Sequence record: AB897757.1
From: Klebsiella phage K64-1
Length of the DNA stretch: 64,000 nucleotides
Direction: 5' to 3' (one strand)
Within the stretch, counting starts at the first letter, position 1; each line of letters begins with the position of its first letter. This document shows, one piece after another, positions 45,021 through 54,405 of this stretch. The position numbers and the translations under genes were made by a program. The notes below the pieces were generated by a model. It was not told the DNA's origin and ran no database searches. It worked only from the letters and a program-made list of their open reading frames with translations.

Positions 45021-46988
45021 ATGGCTAAGAAACAAGAAAGTTCAGTACTTCAAGAACATGATGTACAACGCCTTAATGATTATCAACATGCTCGTCTACG
45101 CAGTGAAATGTACTTAGGATCAAGAAGTATCCATGAAAGCCAAGTTCTCATTTTTGGGGAAAATTCATACCAAGTTACTAACATGGAATGGGTGCCTGCA
45201 TTACTTACTGCATGTCGTGAATTATGGGATAATTCACTTGATGAGTTTAAAAAAGCCGGTACTAAAGAACCGGTACTTAAAATTGAATTTGATGAAAATG
45301 AATTAACATTCAGTTGTATTGATAATGGACGCGGTATTCCGATTGATTATGTTCCAGATTTCAATACTAATCTCTGTACTATGGTAATGACTGAAACAAA
45401 GACTGGTAGAAACTTTGATGATTCAAAGCGTGATGAAACTATTGGTCAAAATGGTCTGGGTGGATCTGTGGCAATGCTTGTAAGTTCTAAAGCTGAAATG
45501 GAAATACATCGAAAAGGTCGTCCATATAAAACATCAGCGTCCAATGATTCATATGATGGATTTTATAAATTCAGTCAAAATTTTAAAGAAGGAACTGAAT
45601 TTATTCCAGAAATTCAAATTTCTGAACCAGTAATTAGAAAAATTAGTTCTGATAAAACAGGAACAAGTATTAGACTAACATTTAGTCCTTCTGTATTTCC
45701 TAACAGAAAATTACCAATTGAACTGTTGTATAGCATTCTTAAAGAAATGGCATCAGCAAATCCAACATATAAAATCTTTTTGAATAATAAACGAATTAAT
45801 GTTAAACCAACTCCAGAAAAAACATTATTTAATGCATCTAAACTAATGCAACTAAATGTTAACGATGAATCTTTTAACTTTAACAGTACTTTTTATATTA
45901 TTCCAAATGCTGTTAATAATATGAATACTAATTTTCATATGCATGGTTTAGTTAATAATGCACCAGCGTTCGATGGTGGTACTCATCTAGATACATTCAA
46001 GAAACATTTTTCACTTGGTATTGCTAATGCTCTTGAAAAAGAAGCGAAGAAGCGTAAGATGAAGCCAAACCGTTCAGATATTGAAGAAGGGCTTCTGATT
46101 TATAATGTAACTACAATGAAAGCACCTTCATTCAATTCACAAATTAAATCCAAATTAACTAACGAAAATGTAGTTAAACCAATTCAACAAGCAATGAGTA
46201 CTGAATGGTTCGAAGAATTAGTTAAAAAGAATAAAGATTGGGTTGATGAAATATTTGAACGTTGTGCTGCACGTACAAATAAAAAAGATGCAGAAGAAGA
46301 TCGTCGTCTTGCTAAAAAACTTCTTAAAGGTAAAGTTGCCAAACTACTTGATTCAGTTGGTACTGATCGTTCCAAATGTATTCTAATGTTGGCAGAAGGT
46401 GATTCTGCTATTTCTAACATGGCTAGTGCTCGTGATCCTAATATTCATGGTATCTTACCTTTACGTGGTAAAATTATGAATGTGAGTGGTGAAGAGAAAA
46501 CAAAAGAATTAATGGATTCTGATGCATTACATGATATCATGGCTAGTATTAACCTAGTTCCAGGTGTGAAGGCAAATCGTGATGAATTGAGTTTTGGTAA
46601 ATTATACATAGCAACGGATGAAGATACTGACGGCCTTAATATAGCCGCATTGATTTGTAATTTTCTTTATAAATTCTGGCCTGAACTATTTCAGGATGCC
46701 GATAATCCATTTGTGTATGTATTCAAAACTCCATTTATTATTCTGGAGAAAGGGAAAGAATCAAAATACTTCTATGGTTATAATGTTTCTGAATACAATC
46801 CTGAAGATTGGAAGGGTTGGAAAGCCACACGTGCAAAAGGATTAGGAACATTGGAAAAGAGTAATTTCAGAGACGCATTCACCAATAGTGTAGCGGTTGC
46901 AATTACCGATGATGGTAATTTAGGTGAAACACTGGATTTGATATTCAATAAAAAGAGAGCAGATGATCGTAAAGCATGGATGGCTTAG
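45021..46988 (+). CDS. 39: DNA topoisomerase II large subunit (GyrB-like; T4 gp39+gp60 equivalent, uninterrupted)
   Basis: GHKL ATPase, Toprim (LMLAEGDSA, PLRGKIMNV) and YIATDEDTDGLNI. The ATG at 45021 has an AAAGGA RBS. The track's 44955 start is TTG inside the promoter. Confidence 0.8.
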   Translation: MAKKQESSVLQEHDVQRLNDYQHARLRSEMYLGSRSIHESQVLIFGENSYQVTNMEWVPALLTACRELWDNSLDEFKKAGTKEPVLKIEFDENELTFSCIDNGRGIPIDYVPDFNTNLCTMVMTETKTGRNFDDSKRDETIGQNGLGGSVAMLVSSKAEMEIHRKGRPYKTSASNDSYDGFYKFSQNFKEGTEFIPEIQISEPVIRKISSDKTGTSIRLTFSPSVFPNRKLPIELLYSILKEMASANPTYKIFLNNKRINVKPTPEKTLFNASKLMQLNVNDESFNFNSTFYIIPNAVNNMNTNFHMHGLVNNAPAFDGGTHLDTFKKHFSLGIANALEKEAKKRKMKPNRSDIEEGLLIYNVTTMKAPSFNSQIKSKLTNENVVKPIQQAMSTEWFEELVKKNKDWVDEIFERCAARTNKKDAEEDRRLAKKLLKGKVAKLLDSVGTDRSKCILMLAEGDSAISNMASARDPNIHGILPLRGKIMNVSGEEKTKELMDSDALHDIMASINLVPGVKANRDELSFGKLYIATDEDTDGLNIAALICNFLYKFWPELFQDADNPFVYVFKTPFIILEKGKESKYFYGYNVSEYNPEDWKGWKATRAKGLGTLEKSNFRDAFTNSVAVAITDDGNLGETLDLIFNKKRADDRKAWMA

Positions 46989-46991
46989 GAT

Positions 46992-48701
46992 ATGAAACAT
47001 GATGAAGTAGTTAGTATAATTAAAAAATTTGCCAATGAAGTCAAGTCCAATGGGGAATCAGTACTAAAGCAAATTAAAAAGATGGATAGATATGAAGAAG
47101 TTATTTCATATCTAAAAAGCTATTATGGTGACTATGATATTAAAGTTCTAATTGGTTCAGTACTAAATGATTTAGATACCATTCCCATTGCTGCTTGTGG
47201 GAATGTATGTAGATTTGATGGATTAAAATTGAGGTACGTATGTACCTCATATAAAATGAACAAAGAAGAAACATGTCCTGAGTGTCATATTAAATTAAAA
47301 GAAATAATGAACAACAACAGAATGCAATCTGTGGAAATGAAGTACGGTACTCCATATATATCTAAAGTTCCAGAATTTAGAGAGAAAGCAAAAAATACAA
47401 TGTTTAATGAGTATGGTGTATATAATATTTCTAATTTGGATTCTGTGAAAAAGAAAAAAAGTGATAATTATCACAATAAAAGTTTAGAAGAAAAAGAACG
47501 TATTAAAGAAAAAAATAAGAAAAAAGTAATACAGACATATGGTGTTGATAACGTATCTAAATCTGAAATTGTAAAACAAAAGAAACTTGGTAATAAAAAT
47601 CCATTCAATAATAGTACTTTTAAAATTAAAAATATCATTAATACAACCAAACGAAGATATAATAGCATAACAGACTATTTAAAAACCAATGATAAACCAT
47701 ATACACTAACTTACATGCCATTTGCATATAAAGATGACCATGTATTTCAATGCAAGTGTGGTGAAATTATAAGTTGTAAAATACAATCGTTTGATACAAT
47801 ACGTTGTTATAAATGTTTCCCATTGGAAGTAAGTTCTGGTGAACTTTGGTTGAGACAAGAAATTGAAAATATTATAAGTAATACATCAACAAGTACTGAA
47901 ATGTTATTAAATCAAAGGTATGATTTTATTGATAACAGAGATATTGATATATACTTACCTGAATTGAAAATAGGTTTTGAATTCAATGGTTCGTACTGGC
48001 ATAATGATGAACACAAAGATAAGTACTATCATCAGAAGAAATCGATTTCTGCAAAAAACAATGGTATCAATTTAATACATATCCATGAATCTGATTATAA
48101 TAAAATAAAAGATAAAATTGTAATGAGATTAAAACATGTATTAAACAAAAATGATAAAACAATTTATGCAAGAAAATGTATTGTAAAAGAAGTATCATTT
48201 AAAGAAAGTGAAGTATTTTTGGATGAATATCATTTTCAACAATCATGTGTATCAGGTATAAGAATTGGATTATATTATGATAATGAATTAGTAGCATTGG
48301 CTACGTATGGAAAATCCAGATATGACAAAAAATATGAATATGAATTATTGAGATTCTGTACAAAGTATTCGGTACCGGGTGGATTTAGTAAAATAATGAA
48401 ATACTTTGAGCAAACATACAACCCTAAATCATTGATGACATATGCCGATCTGGACTGGAGTAATGGTAATGTTTATGAAAAAAATGGGTTTGAGTTTGTG
48501 AAATACACCGAACCAAGTTACTTTTACGTGGATAAATATCAAAATAAAATTTCAAGATATGATTGTCGTAAAACTGAATTATTAAAACTATATGATTGGG
48601 CTACCAATGATATGACGGAAACTGAAATCTGTAAAAAATTAAATTACAATAAAATATATTCATCTGGAAATATAGTTTATCGTAAAATATATAACAAATA
48701 A
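46992..48701 (+). CDS. modular endonuclease-like protein (paralogue of 27097..28830) inserted between topoisomerase II subunit genes
   Basis: Zn finger CGNVC...CTSYKMNKEETCPECH. NUMOD-like repeats (MKYGTPYISKVPEFREKAKNTMFNEYGVYN, KVIQTYGVDNVSKSEIVKQKKLG). Ribbon QCKCGEIISCKIQSFDTIRCYKC. Vsr-like IDIYLPELKIGFEFNGSYWHN...NNGINLIHIHESDY. GNAT-like C-domain VPGGFSKIMKYF...MTYADLDWSNGNVYEKNGFEF. Confidence 0.6.
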   Translation: MKHDEVVSIIKKFANEVKSNGESVLKQIKKMDRYEEVISYLKSYYGDYDIKVLIGSVLNDLDTIPIAACGNVCRFDGLKLRYVCTSYKMNKEETCPECHIKLKEIMNNNRMQSVEMKYGTPYISKVPEFREKAKNTMFNEYGVYNISNLDSVKKKKSDNYHNKSLEEKERIKEKNKKKVIQTYGVDNVSKSEIVKQKKLGNKNPFNNSTFKIKNIINTTKRRYNSITDYLKTNDKPYTLTYMPFAYKDDHVFQCKCGEIISCKIQSFDTIRCYKCFPLEVSSGELWLRQEIENIISNTSTSTEMLLNQRYDFIDNRDIDIYLPELKIGFEFNGSYWHNDEHKDKYYHQKKSISAKNNGINLIHIHESDYNKIKDKIVMRLKHVLNKNDKTIYARKCIVKEVSFKESEVFLDEYHFQQSCVSGIRIGLYYDNELVALATYGKSRYDKKYEYELLRFCTKYSVPGGFSKIMKYFEQTYNPKSLMTYADLDWSNGNVYEKNGFEFVKYTEPSYFYVDKYQNKISRYDCRKTELLKLYDWATNDMTETEICKKLNYNKIYSSGNIVYRKIYNK

Positions 48702-48716
48702 CAAAGAGGCAATGGA

Positions 48717-50123
48717 ATGGCTAAAAAAGAAAAAACTCAAGGTATTGATAATGCAACATTAACGCTATTAGATTACAACAGTTCTGAATATTTGAATAGC
48801 ACTTCACTAGAATATTCAATGTATACATTAGATCGTGCTATTCCCGGAATTGATGGTCTAAAGAGTTCACAACGAAAAGCAATTTTTACGCTAAGTAAAA
48901 TATCAGGTGAAATTAAAACAGTATCATGTGCTGGTCGCATGATTAGTGATGGTATCTATTTACATGGTGATTCATCTGCAAGTGGTACACTACAACAACT
49001 GGCATCACCTGTAGCAAACAATTATCCACTCATTGGTAAACGTGGTGGTTTTGGTACACAGGTAAACAGTACACCAGCATCCCCGCGATACACATATGTG
49101 AAGAAGAACAAAAGTACTGAAGAATTAATTCTTCGTGATATGGAAATTATCCCAATGCAAGAAAACTATGATGGTACCACTATGGAACCAACACATTTTC
49201 TTCCAATCATTCCATTATCGTTGTTTGGTAATGACAGTATGTCGGTTGGTTATAAGAGTACAATTCTTCCTTATAAAATTAAAGATATTATTGATAACTG
49301 TATCCGTGTTATTGATAAAACTGAACTAAGAGAAATGATCCCATATTATGTATCAGTTGGTGCAAGCGAAACTGTAACTAAACTTGATGAAAACAAATAT
49401 GAGTTCTATGGAACAGCAGAAGTTATTGATGCCAGTACCGTAAAAGTTACTGGATTGCCACCCAACTATAGCGTTGAAAAATTTGTTGAAAAATTAATTA
49501 AGATGGGTGATGATGGTGAAATTCGTGATTATGATAATGGTAGTACTGATACCATTGATATAACGATAAAATTACCACGTGGTACATCAAGCAAATGGAC
49601 TGAAAAGGATGTGATTGATTATTTTGGTCTATCCAAGAAAATTACACAAATTCTTACAGTACTCGATGCGAATGGTCGTGTTCGTGTATATGATAACACT
49701 TCTGACCTAATTAAAGATTTCGTCGAATTTCGTTTTGGCTATTACATTAAACGTTATGAGAAAAAAGTTAAAGATTGTACTGAAGAAGTTATATATAAAA
49801 TTCTAATTAAAGAATGCTTTGATAATGATATGATTGGTAAAGTTAAATCATTTAAGAATCGTGCTGAGTTAGTTGATTTTGTAACTAAACTCAATATTGA
49901 TATTGGGGCAAGTGAAGATAATATTCAAAGCATAGTTAATTATCCTTCTTATCGCTGGACACAAGAAAACTATAATGCAGTATTGAAAGATATTCAGGAT
50001 AATATGGATTTAATTGATAAGTACAACGATTTACTTAATAATAAAAATAAAATTTGGGATATCTACAAAGAAGAACTTAAAGAGCTTCGTAAGATTGATT
50101 TTACACCAAAACAAGAAAACTAA
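48717..50123 (+). CDS. 52: DNA topoisomerase II medium subunit (GyrA-like; gp52-like)
   Basis: LEYSMYTLDRAIPGIDGLKSSQRKAIF contains the GyrA-type active-site region (Y...R). Confidence 0.8.
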   Translation: MAKKEKTQGIDNATLTLLDYNSSEYLNSTSLEYSMYTLDRAIPGIDGLKSSQRKAIFTLSKISGEIKTVSCAGRMISDGIYLHGDSSASGTLQQLASPVANNYPLIGKRGGFGTQVNSTPASPRYTYVKKNKSTEELILRDMEIIPMQENYDGTTMEPTHFLPIIPLSLFGNDSMSVGYKSTILPYKIKDIIDNCIRVIDKTELREMIPYYVSVGASETVTKLDENKYEFYGTAEVIDASTVKVTGLPPNYSVEKFVEKLIKMGDDGEIRDYDNGSTDTIDITIKLPRGTSSKWTEKDVIDYFGLSKKITQILTVLDANGRVRVYDNTSDLIKDFVEFRFGYYIKRYEKKVKDCTEEVIYKILIKECFDNDMIGKVKSFKNRAELVDFVTKLNIDIGASEDNIQSIVNYPSYRWTQENYNAVLKDIQDNMDLIDKYNDLLNNKNKIWDIYKEELKELRKIDFTPKQEN

Positions 50124-50132
50124 TAATAAAGT

Positions 50133-50161
50133 CGGGAGCACATATAATAGTGCTCCTTTTT
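50133..50161 (+). terminator. rho-independent terminator
   Basis: GGAGCAC-catataata-GTGCTCC followed by TTTTT. Confidence 0.65.
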
Positions 50162-50196
50162 AGTAAATACCCTATATAAAACGGGAGAAAAGAAGA

Positions 50197-52524
50197 ATGG
50201 AAAATTTTACTCCTTTATGGGATATAAAATCGGAATCTGAATTTATTCAAGAGAGTGCTGACATATTAGTAACAACAAATATTAATAAAGATCCAGATGA
50301 TAAAAACACTTCGTATGTTCTCAAGGACGGGGAATATATACTAATTCAGTTTCTAATAGAAACAAAAAATAAAGATGATACCAGTTTTGTGGCAGAAGAC
50401 CATTATACGTTGTATGCCGGTGAAGATGTTAATAATTTGAAAAACATAACCACTGGTATTACTAAAAATAAATCAATCGCAGGAAATCACTATGCTAAAT
50501 TAACAAAAGAGCAATTTGATTTAATTGATGAAAATACATCACCCATCTGGTATTTCAAATTACATTGTAAAAATAACGGAACATTTGATAGTATTGAAAT
50601 TACTACATTTACAATAGTGAGTGTAACTCGCGTTTCTCCATCTGATAGCATTACCATTGGTACAATTACAACCAGTTCACAATCTATCACTTATAACAGT
50701 ACTGAATTTTGGGTAACTCCCGGTGTAGTTGTTGGTGATGATAACAATAATTATTGTATAGGTGATATTAGTTTCGGTAATGATAGTACTCTGTTTGTAC
50801 AGGCGTTTGGTCGTAAAGTACCAGGAACCACACCGAGAGTATTTTATCCAATTTATCGTTTAATGTCTATTACAGAAGATGAATTACCACAAACTGATAT
50901 TACTGGAAAGAGAGCAATTCTTTTTCCACAAAAAGAAGAATTCCCAATTACTGGCAATAACAAAGAAGTGAAAGTGAACATTCTTGATGAAACAACAAAA
51001 ACCTATGATACAGGTTTGGTGTTCAATCCAAATGGACAATTCTTACAAGCATTTTTATATGATTCATCACCATATGATTTGTATTTTAAAGTTCAAATAC
51101 AAGATATAGAAAGTTCGTATACTAATGATAGTGAGCGTTATGCAATTTCACAAAGTTTTAAATCCGGTCAGATGTTTTTATGTCCAAGTGAATTTGATTT
51201 CATTTATTCAAACGATGTTCCAGTCGCTAATCATTTATATCAGTTGAAATCTGGTGTTACTTACCCATATGTTGTTGACAGTGATACAGAAGACGGTTTG
51301 GAAAAACCCGTATTTAATAGTGATGACTGGGTTGATCTTGGTTTGTATGATAAAACACTGGGTACGGGGATTATTGGTGAAACAAAAATATTCAGAATGC
51401 TTGCAAACTCTGGTACTTCTGGTAAAATTAGTTTTATTACTGATAGTGATTTGGGTACTATTCATGTAGGTGAATATTTTGGTCACAGTACTTATCCTGT
51501 TATTGAAACAGATTCTGAATTTAACGTATCTTTTAAAATAGTATCAGGTTCTGATATTACAAAATATGGACTTGAATTAAAACCAAATGGTTATTTATGT
51601 GGTACTGCGTATGCTAAAAGTACTGATTTCACTGCAAATGATGATATCCCACTCGAATTTGAAGTTGAGGCTTATGATACTTCTGGTCTGAGAAATACAA
51701 AAACATTCCAATTAAGAATTATTCGTGGATTTGGAGAAAACTATATAAGTTCACATTTAGTACCATCTGTACAATTCGAAAGAGAATGGTTTAAATGTAT
51801 TAGTTCTACGATATTTGGTAATCAGCAATTATTCAGAATTTCTGACGAACGATATGGGTTACAAAAAGTTCCGCGTATTCTATTAAAAGAGAATTATGTT
51901 TCACAGGATTATAATTATAATACACTAAAAGAACTAAAAAGAGTACTAAGGAAAAATATTATTGATGAAAATAATATCCCACAAGGTACTTTCAATTTAG
52001 TAATGGGTAATTACAAAGTACTATCATGTCTTGACAATTTAGGAAATTTACAGTACGATTTATTATTCAGAGAAGTACACCCATCTGGTTCTATTATTTC
52101 AGTAAGTAATAATCCAAGAAGTTATTCGATTAAAAATTATACTTCTTTGACTGAAGTTTTTGGTTTAAGACAGAATTTGTTCAATGCTATTGGAGAAGAC
52201 ACTACCAATCTCATAACAGATCCAGATGATTTGAATAACAGGGGGTTATATGTAACGGGTTTGGACAGTTCACAAATGCTCGATACCGTTCCTCGTTTCA
52301 TGAATCATCCATATGAAGGTGATGGTCTTAGTTCTGAATTCATGGTATTAATACCGGTTGCTTACTGTTTGCCGGGTAAAGGCGATGATTTGTTCTATAA
52401 TCTCTATCAAAACAATGAGCACAAACTTATGGTAGGTACTGAATTTGAAGTTCCAGCAGTTGAATTTATTACTCATGTTGGCTATATGAAGGAAAAATTT
52501 CAAATTATTTTACAAAAATCTTAA
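50197..52524 (+). CDS. large hypothetical protein (775 aa), possibly structural
   Basis: Long Ser/Thr/Asn-rich ORF with no recognisable enzymatic motifs. RBS GGGAGAAAAGAAG. Confidence 0.55.
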   Translation: MENFTPLWDIKSESEFIQESADILVTTNINKDPDDKNTSYVLKDGEYILIQFLIETKNKDDTSFVAEDHYTLYAGEDVNNLKNITTGITKNKSIAGNHYAKLTKEQFDLIDENTSPIWYFKLHCKNNGTFDSIEITTFTIVSVTRVSPSDSITIGTITTSSQSITYNSTEFWVTPGVVVGDDNNNYCIGDISFGNDSTLFVQAFGRKVPGTTPRVFYPIYRLMSITEDELPQTDITGKRAILFPQKEEFPITGNNKEVKVNILDETTKTYDTGLVFNPNGQFLQAFLYDSSPYDLYFKVQIQDIESSYTNDSERYAISQSFKSGQMFLCPSEFDFIYSNDVPVANHLYQLKSGVTYPYVVDSDTEDGLEKPVFNSDDWVDLGLYDKTLGTGIIGETKIFRMLANSGTSGKISFITDSDLGTIHVGEYFGHSTYPVIETDSEFNVSFKIVSGSDITKYGLELKPNGYLCGTAYAKSTDFTANDDIPLEFEVEAYDTSGLRNTKTFQLRIIRGFGENYISSHLVPSVQFEREWFKCISSTIFGNQQLFRISDERYGLQKVPRILLKENYVSQDYNYNTLKELKRVLRKNIIDENNIPQGTFNLVMGNYKVLSCLDNLGNLQYDLLFREVHPSGSIISVSNNPRSYSIKNYTSLTEVFGLRQNLFNAIGEDTTNLITDPDDLNNRGLYVTGLDSSQMLDTVPRFMNHPYEGDGLSSEFMVLIPVAYCLPGKGDDLFYNLYQNNEHKLMVGTEFEVPAVEFITHVGYMKEKFQIILQKS

Positions 52525-52537
52525 AAAGGAGTGTATA

Positions 52538-52846
52538 ATGTCTCATCCATTATTTGATGCCAGTGATTTTACAGATAAGGAATTATATGCTAAAATTAAT
52601 GAGCAAATTTTACGTATAGCAAAAGCACGCTCGATTGGTATGAGTGAATCAGTAATTAGTCAAATGCAGATGCTTTTGGATTCTTATTATACAGAAATTG
52701 AAAACAGATCAACCAAAAAGGTTATAAGTAAAATGGAAGATTCAGATCCTTGTGTGTTTGATTTGAGTTCATATCTGGAAGACAACGACGGTGTGAAGAA
52801 GAAAAATGAAAGTACAGGGAAACAGATATATAAGTCCCAATGGTGA
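52538..52846 (+). CDS. hypothetical protein
   Basis: 102-aa ORF with RBS AAGGAG. Confidence 0.45.
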   Translation: MSHPLFDASDFTDKELYAKINEQILRIAKARSIGMSESVISQMQMLLDSYYTEIENRSTKKVISKMEDSDPCVFDLSSYLEDNDGVKKKNESTGKQIYKSQW

Positions 52847-53324
52847 TGTTAAATGTAATCTAAATGCAGTAGTTTATGCCATTAATTGTGGTGCTGATAT
52901 TCAGTACTTGCAATTAATGGATTTGGATGAAAGAGAAAGATTACTTTTCAATGATAACTGTAAGAAGTTTGGTTTAGAACAACGTATGTTGGACTACACA
53001 ATAGATCATGAACGTAATCATGAATTATGGTGCTATGATCCATTCTATGATAAAATCAACCTCAAAGAGTTCTTTTTGAGTAAATGTGAAACGCCAGAAG
53101 CAAGAGAGCGAGTTCTTTATGAACTGGAATTGTATGAATTTTACAATATGTCCAAATTACTTCGTTGTATGATTTGGTTGGTTGATTACTTTAAAGAAAA
53201 TAATATCTTTTGGGGTTTGGGTCGTGGTAGTTCAGTATCATCTTATTGTTTATTTTTGATTGGATTACATTTGGTGGATTCGTTGAAATACGATTTAGAT
53301 GTTAATGAATTTTTGAAATATTGA
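52806..53324 (+). CDS. hypothetical protein
   Basis: 172-aa ORF in a different frame. It overlaps the previous ORF by 41 nt, so the start is uncertain. Confidence 0.4.
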   Translation: MKVQGNRYISPNGDVKCNLNAVVYAINCGADIQYLQLMDLDERERLLFNDNCKKFGLEQRMLDYTIDHERNHELWCYDPFYDKINLKEFFLSKCETPEARERVLYELELYEFYNMSKLLRCMIWLVDYFKENNIFWGLGRGSSVSSYCLFLIGLHLVDSLKYDLDVNEFLKY

Positions 53325-53327
53325 TTT

Positions 53328-53356
53328 TTGAACAAAAATCACAAAAATGATATAAT
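53328..53356 (+). promoter_or_regulatory. sigma70-type early promoter (TTTTTGAACAAAAA-family)
   Basis: TTGAAC at 53328-53333, 17-bp spacer, TGaTATAAT with TATAAT at 53351-53356. Confidence 0.6.
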
Positions 53357-53388
53357 AAAGAAAACAGTTAATAAAAAGGATTTTTAAA

Positions 53389-53736
53389 ATGGTAAAGCAC
53401 GTATCTTATCGTGGTAAAGTTGTTGATATGGAATTACTTAAATCACAAAACCAATATAAAGCTGCAATTGGTAATGCACAACTAAATGCTCGTGGTGATA
53501 AAATTGGTCGAGGTGGTACGGTCATTAAAACGCGTGAACAATTGATGCAAGAACGTGAAGCTGCATTACAGGTTCCTGATTTTATTCCAGTACAGAATTC
53601 TTCCAGTACTGAATATTCAACTGAATGGGATGATTCACAATTTAATGCATTTCCTGACATTACGGAATCGCCACAAGAAGCCCCAGCAGAAGTTCAGACG
53701 AAAAAAGCTGCACCACGTAGGACAAAAAAGGGTTAA
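53389..53736 (+). CDS. hypothetical protein
   Basis: 115-aa ORF with RBS AAAGGA. Confidence 0.45.
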   Translation: MVKHVSYRGKVVDMELLKSQNQYKAAIGNAQLNARGDKIGRGGTVIKTREQLMQEREAALQVPDFIPVQNSSSTEYSTEWDDSQFNAFPDITESPQEAPAEVQTKKAAPRRTKKG

Positions 53737-53740
53737 AGCA

Positions 53741-54073
53741 ATGAATGATAAAGTATTGAAAGCATGTAGAGGTAAAGTACTCGTAACTGATTTGGAAGTA
53801 GGTGAGCGAGTAACAAATGGTGGTATTGTTTTAACTAATGACAACGGTCGCAGTCGAGGCATTCGTTCCCGATGGGCTAAAGTTTATTCAATTGGTGAAG
53901 GCGTAACTGGTATTGAAGAAGGTCAATGGATTTTAATTGATCATGGTCGATGGAGCCGCACTATTGAAGTTGACGGTATTAAACTAAATCTAGTTGATTA
54001 TCCAGCTTCGGTAATGTTAGTGTCAGATGACGACCCACGCCAGCGATGCACTTCATTTGGTTATTTTTCTTAA
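53741..54073 (+). CDS. GroES-like co-chaperonin (copy 2)
   Basis: GKVLVTDLEVGERVTNGGIVLTNDNGRSRG...VYSIGEGV...GQWILI follows the GroES pattern (kVlV...E..t.GGIvL.....rG.V.avG.G). RBS AAAGGG. Confidence 0.6.
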   Translation: MNDKVLKACRGKVLVTDLEVGERVTNGGIVLTNDNGRSRGIRSRWAKVYSIGEGVTGIEEGQWILIDHGRWSRTIEVDGIKLNLVDYPASVMLVSDDDPRQRCTSFGYFS

Positions 54074-54081
54074 TATTATTA

Positions 54082-54113
54082 AAAGTCCAGAATATTCTGG
54101 ACTTTATTTTTTA
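54082..54113 (+). terminator. strong rho-independent terminator
   Basis: 11-bp stem AAAGTCCAGAA-tat-TTCTGGACTTT followed by ATTTTTT. Confidence 0.8.
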
Positions 54114-54124
54114 ATGAGGAAAAT

Positions 54125-54394
54125 ATGATAACACCAGAAGGACAATTCAGCTTCAAAGATATTATATTAGTGTCAAAGAATAATAGATTTATGCTGGAAG
54201 ACAGAAAAAGAAAAAACAAAGTATATGAAGTACAACACGATACTTTTAAAACTATGTTAGTACTTGCTGCACAAGCAAAGGGGAGAGGATTTACTAAAAA
54301 AGTAAATTCATTTGAGTTTTTATATAACCAATTAGAAGTTACAGAAGATTTATTTACTGCATTAATGTATGATTTTACTGATTGGACTGATTAA
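54125..54394 (+). CDS. hypothetical protein
   Basis: 89-aa ORF with RBS GAGGAAAA. Confidence 0.45.
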   Translation: MITPEGQFSFKDIILVSKNNRFMLEDRKRKNKVYEVQHDTFKTMLVLAAQAKGRGFTKKVNSFEFLYNQLEVTEDLFTALMYDFTDWTD

Positions 54395-54405
54395 AGGAAA
54401 AATAA

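Noticed and set aside
53389-54073. Track ORF 53555..54073 (172 aa) as the GroES-like gene
   Set aside because: Its 5' half overlaps ORF 53389..53736 in another frame. The GroES homology begins at the internal ATG at 53741, which has its own RBS.
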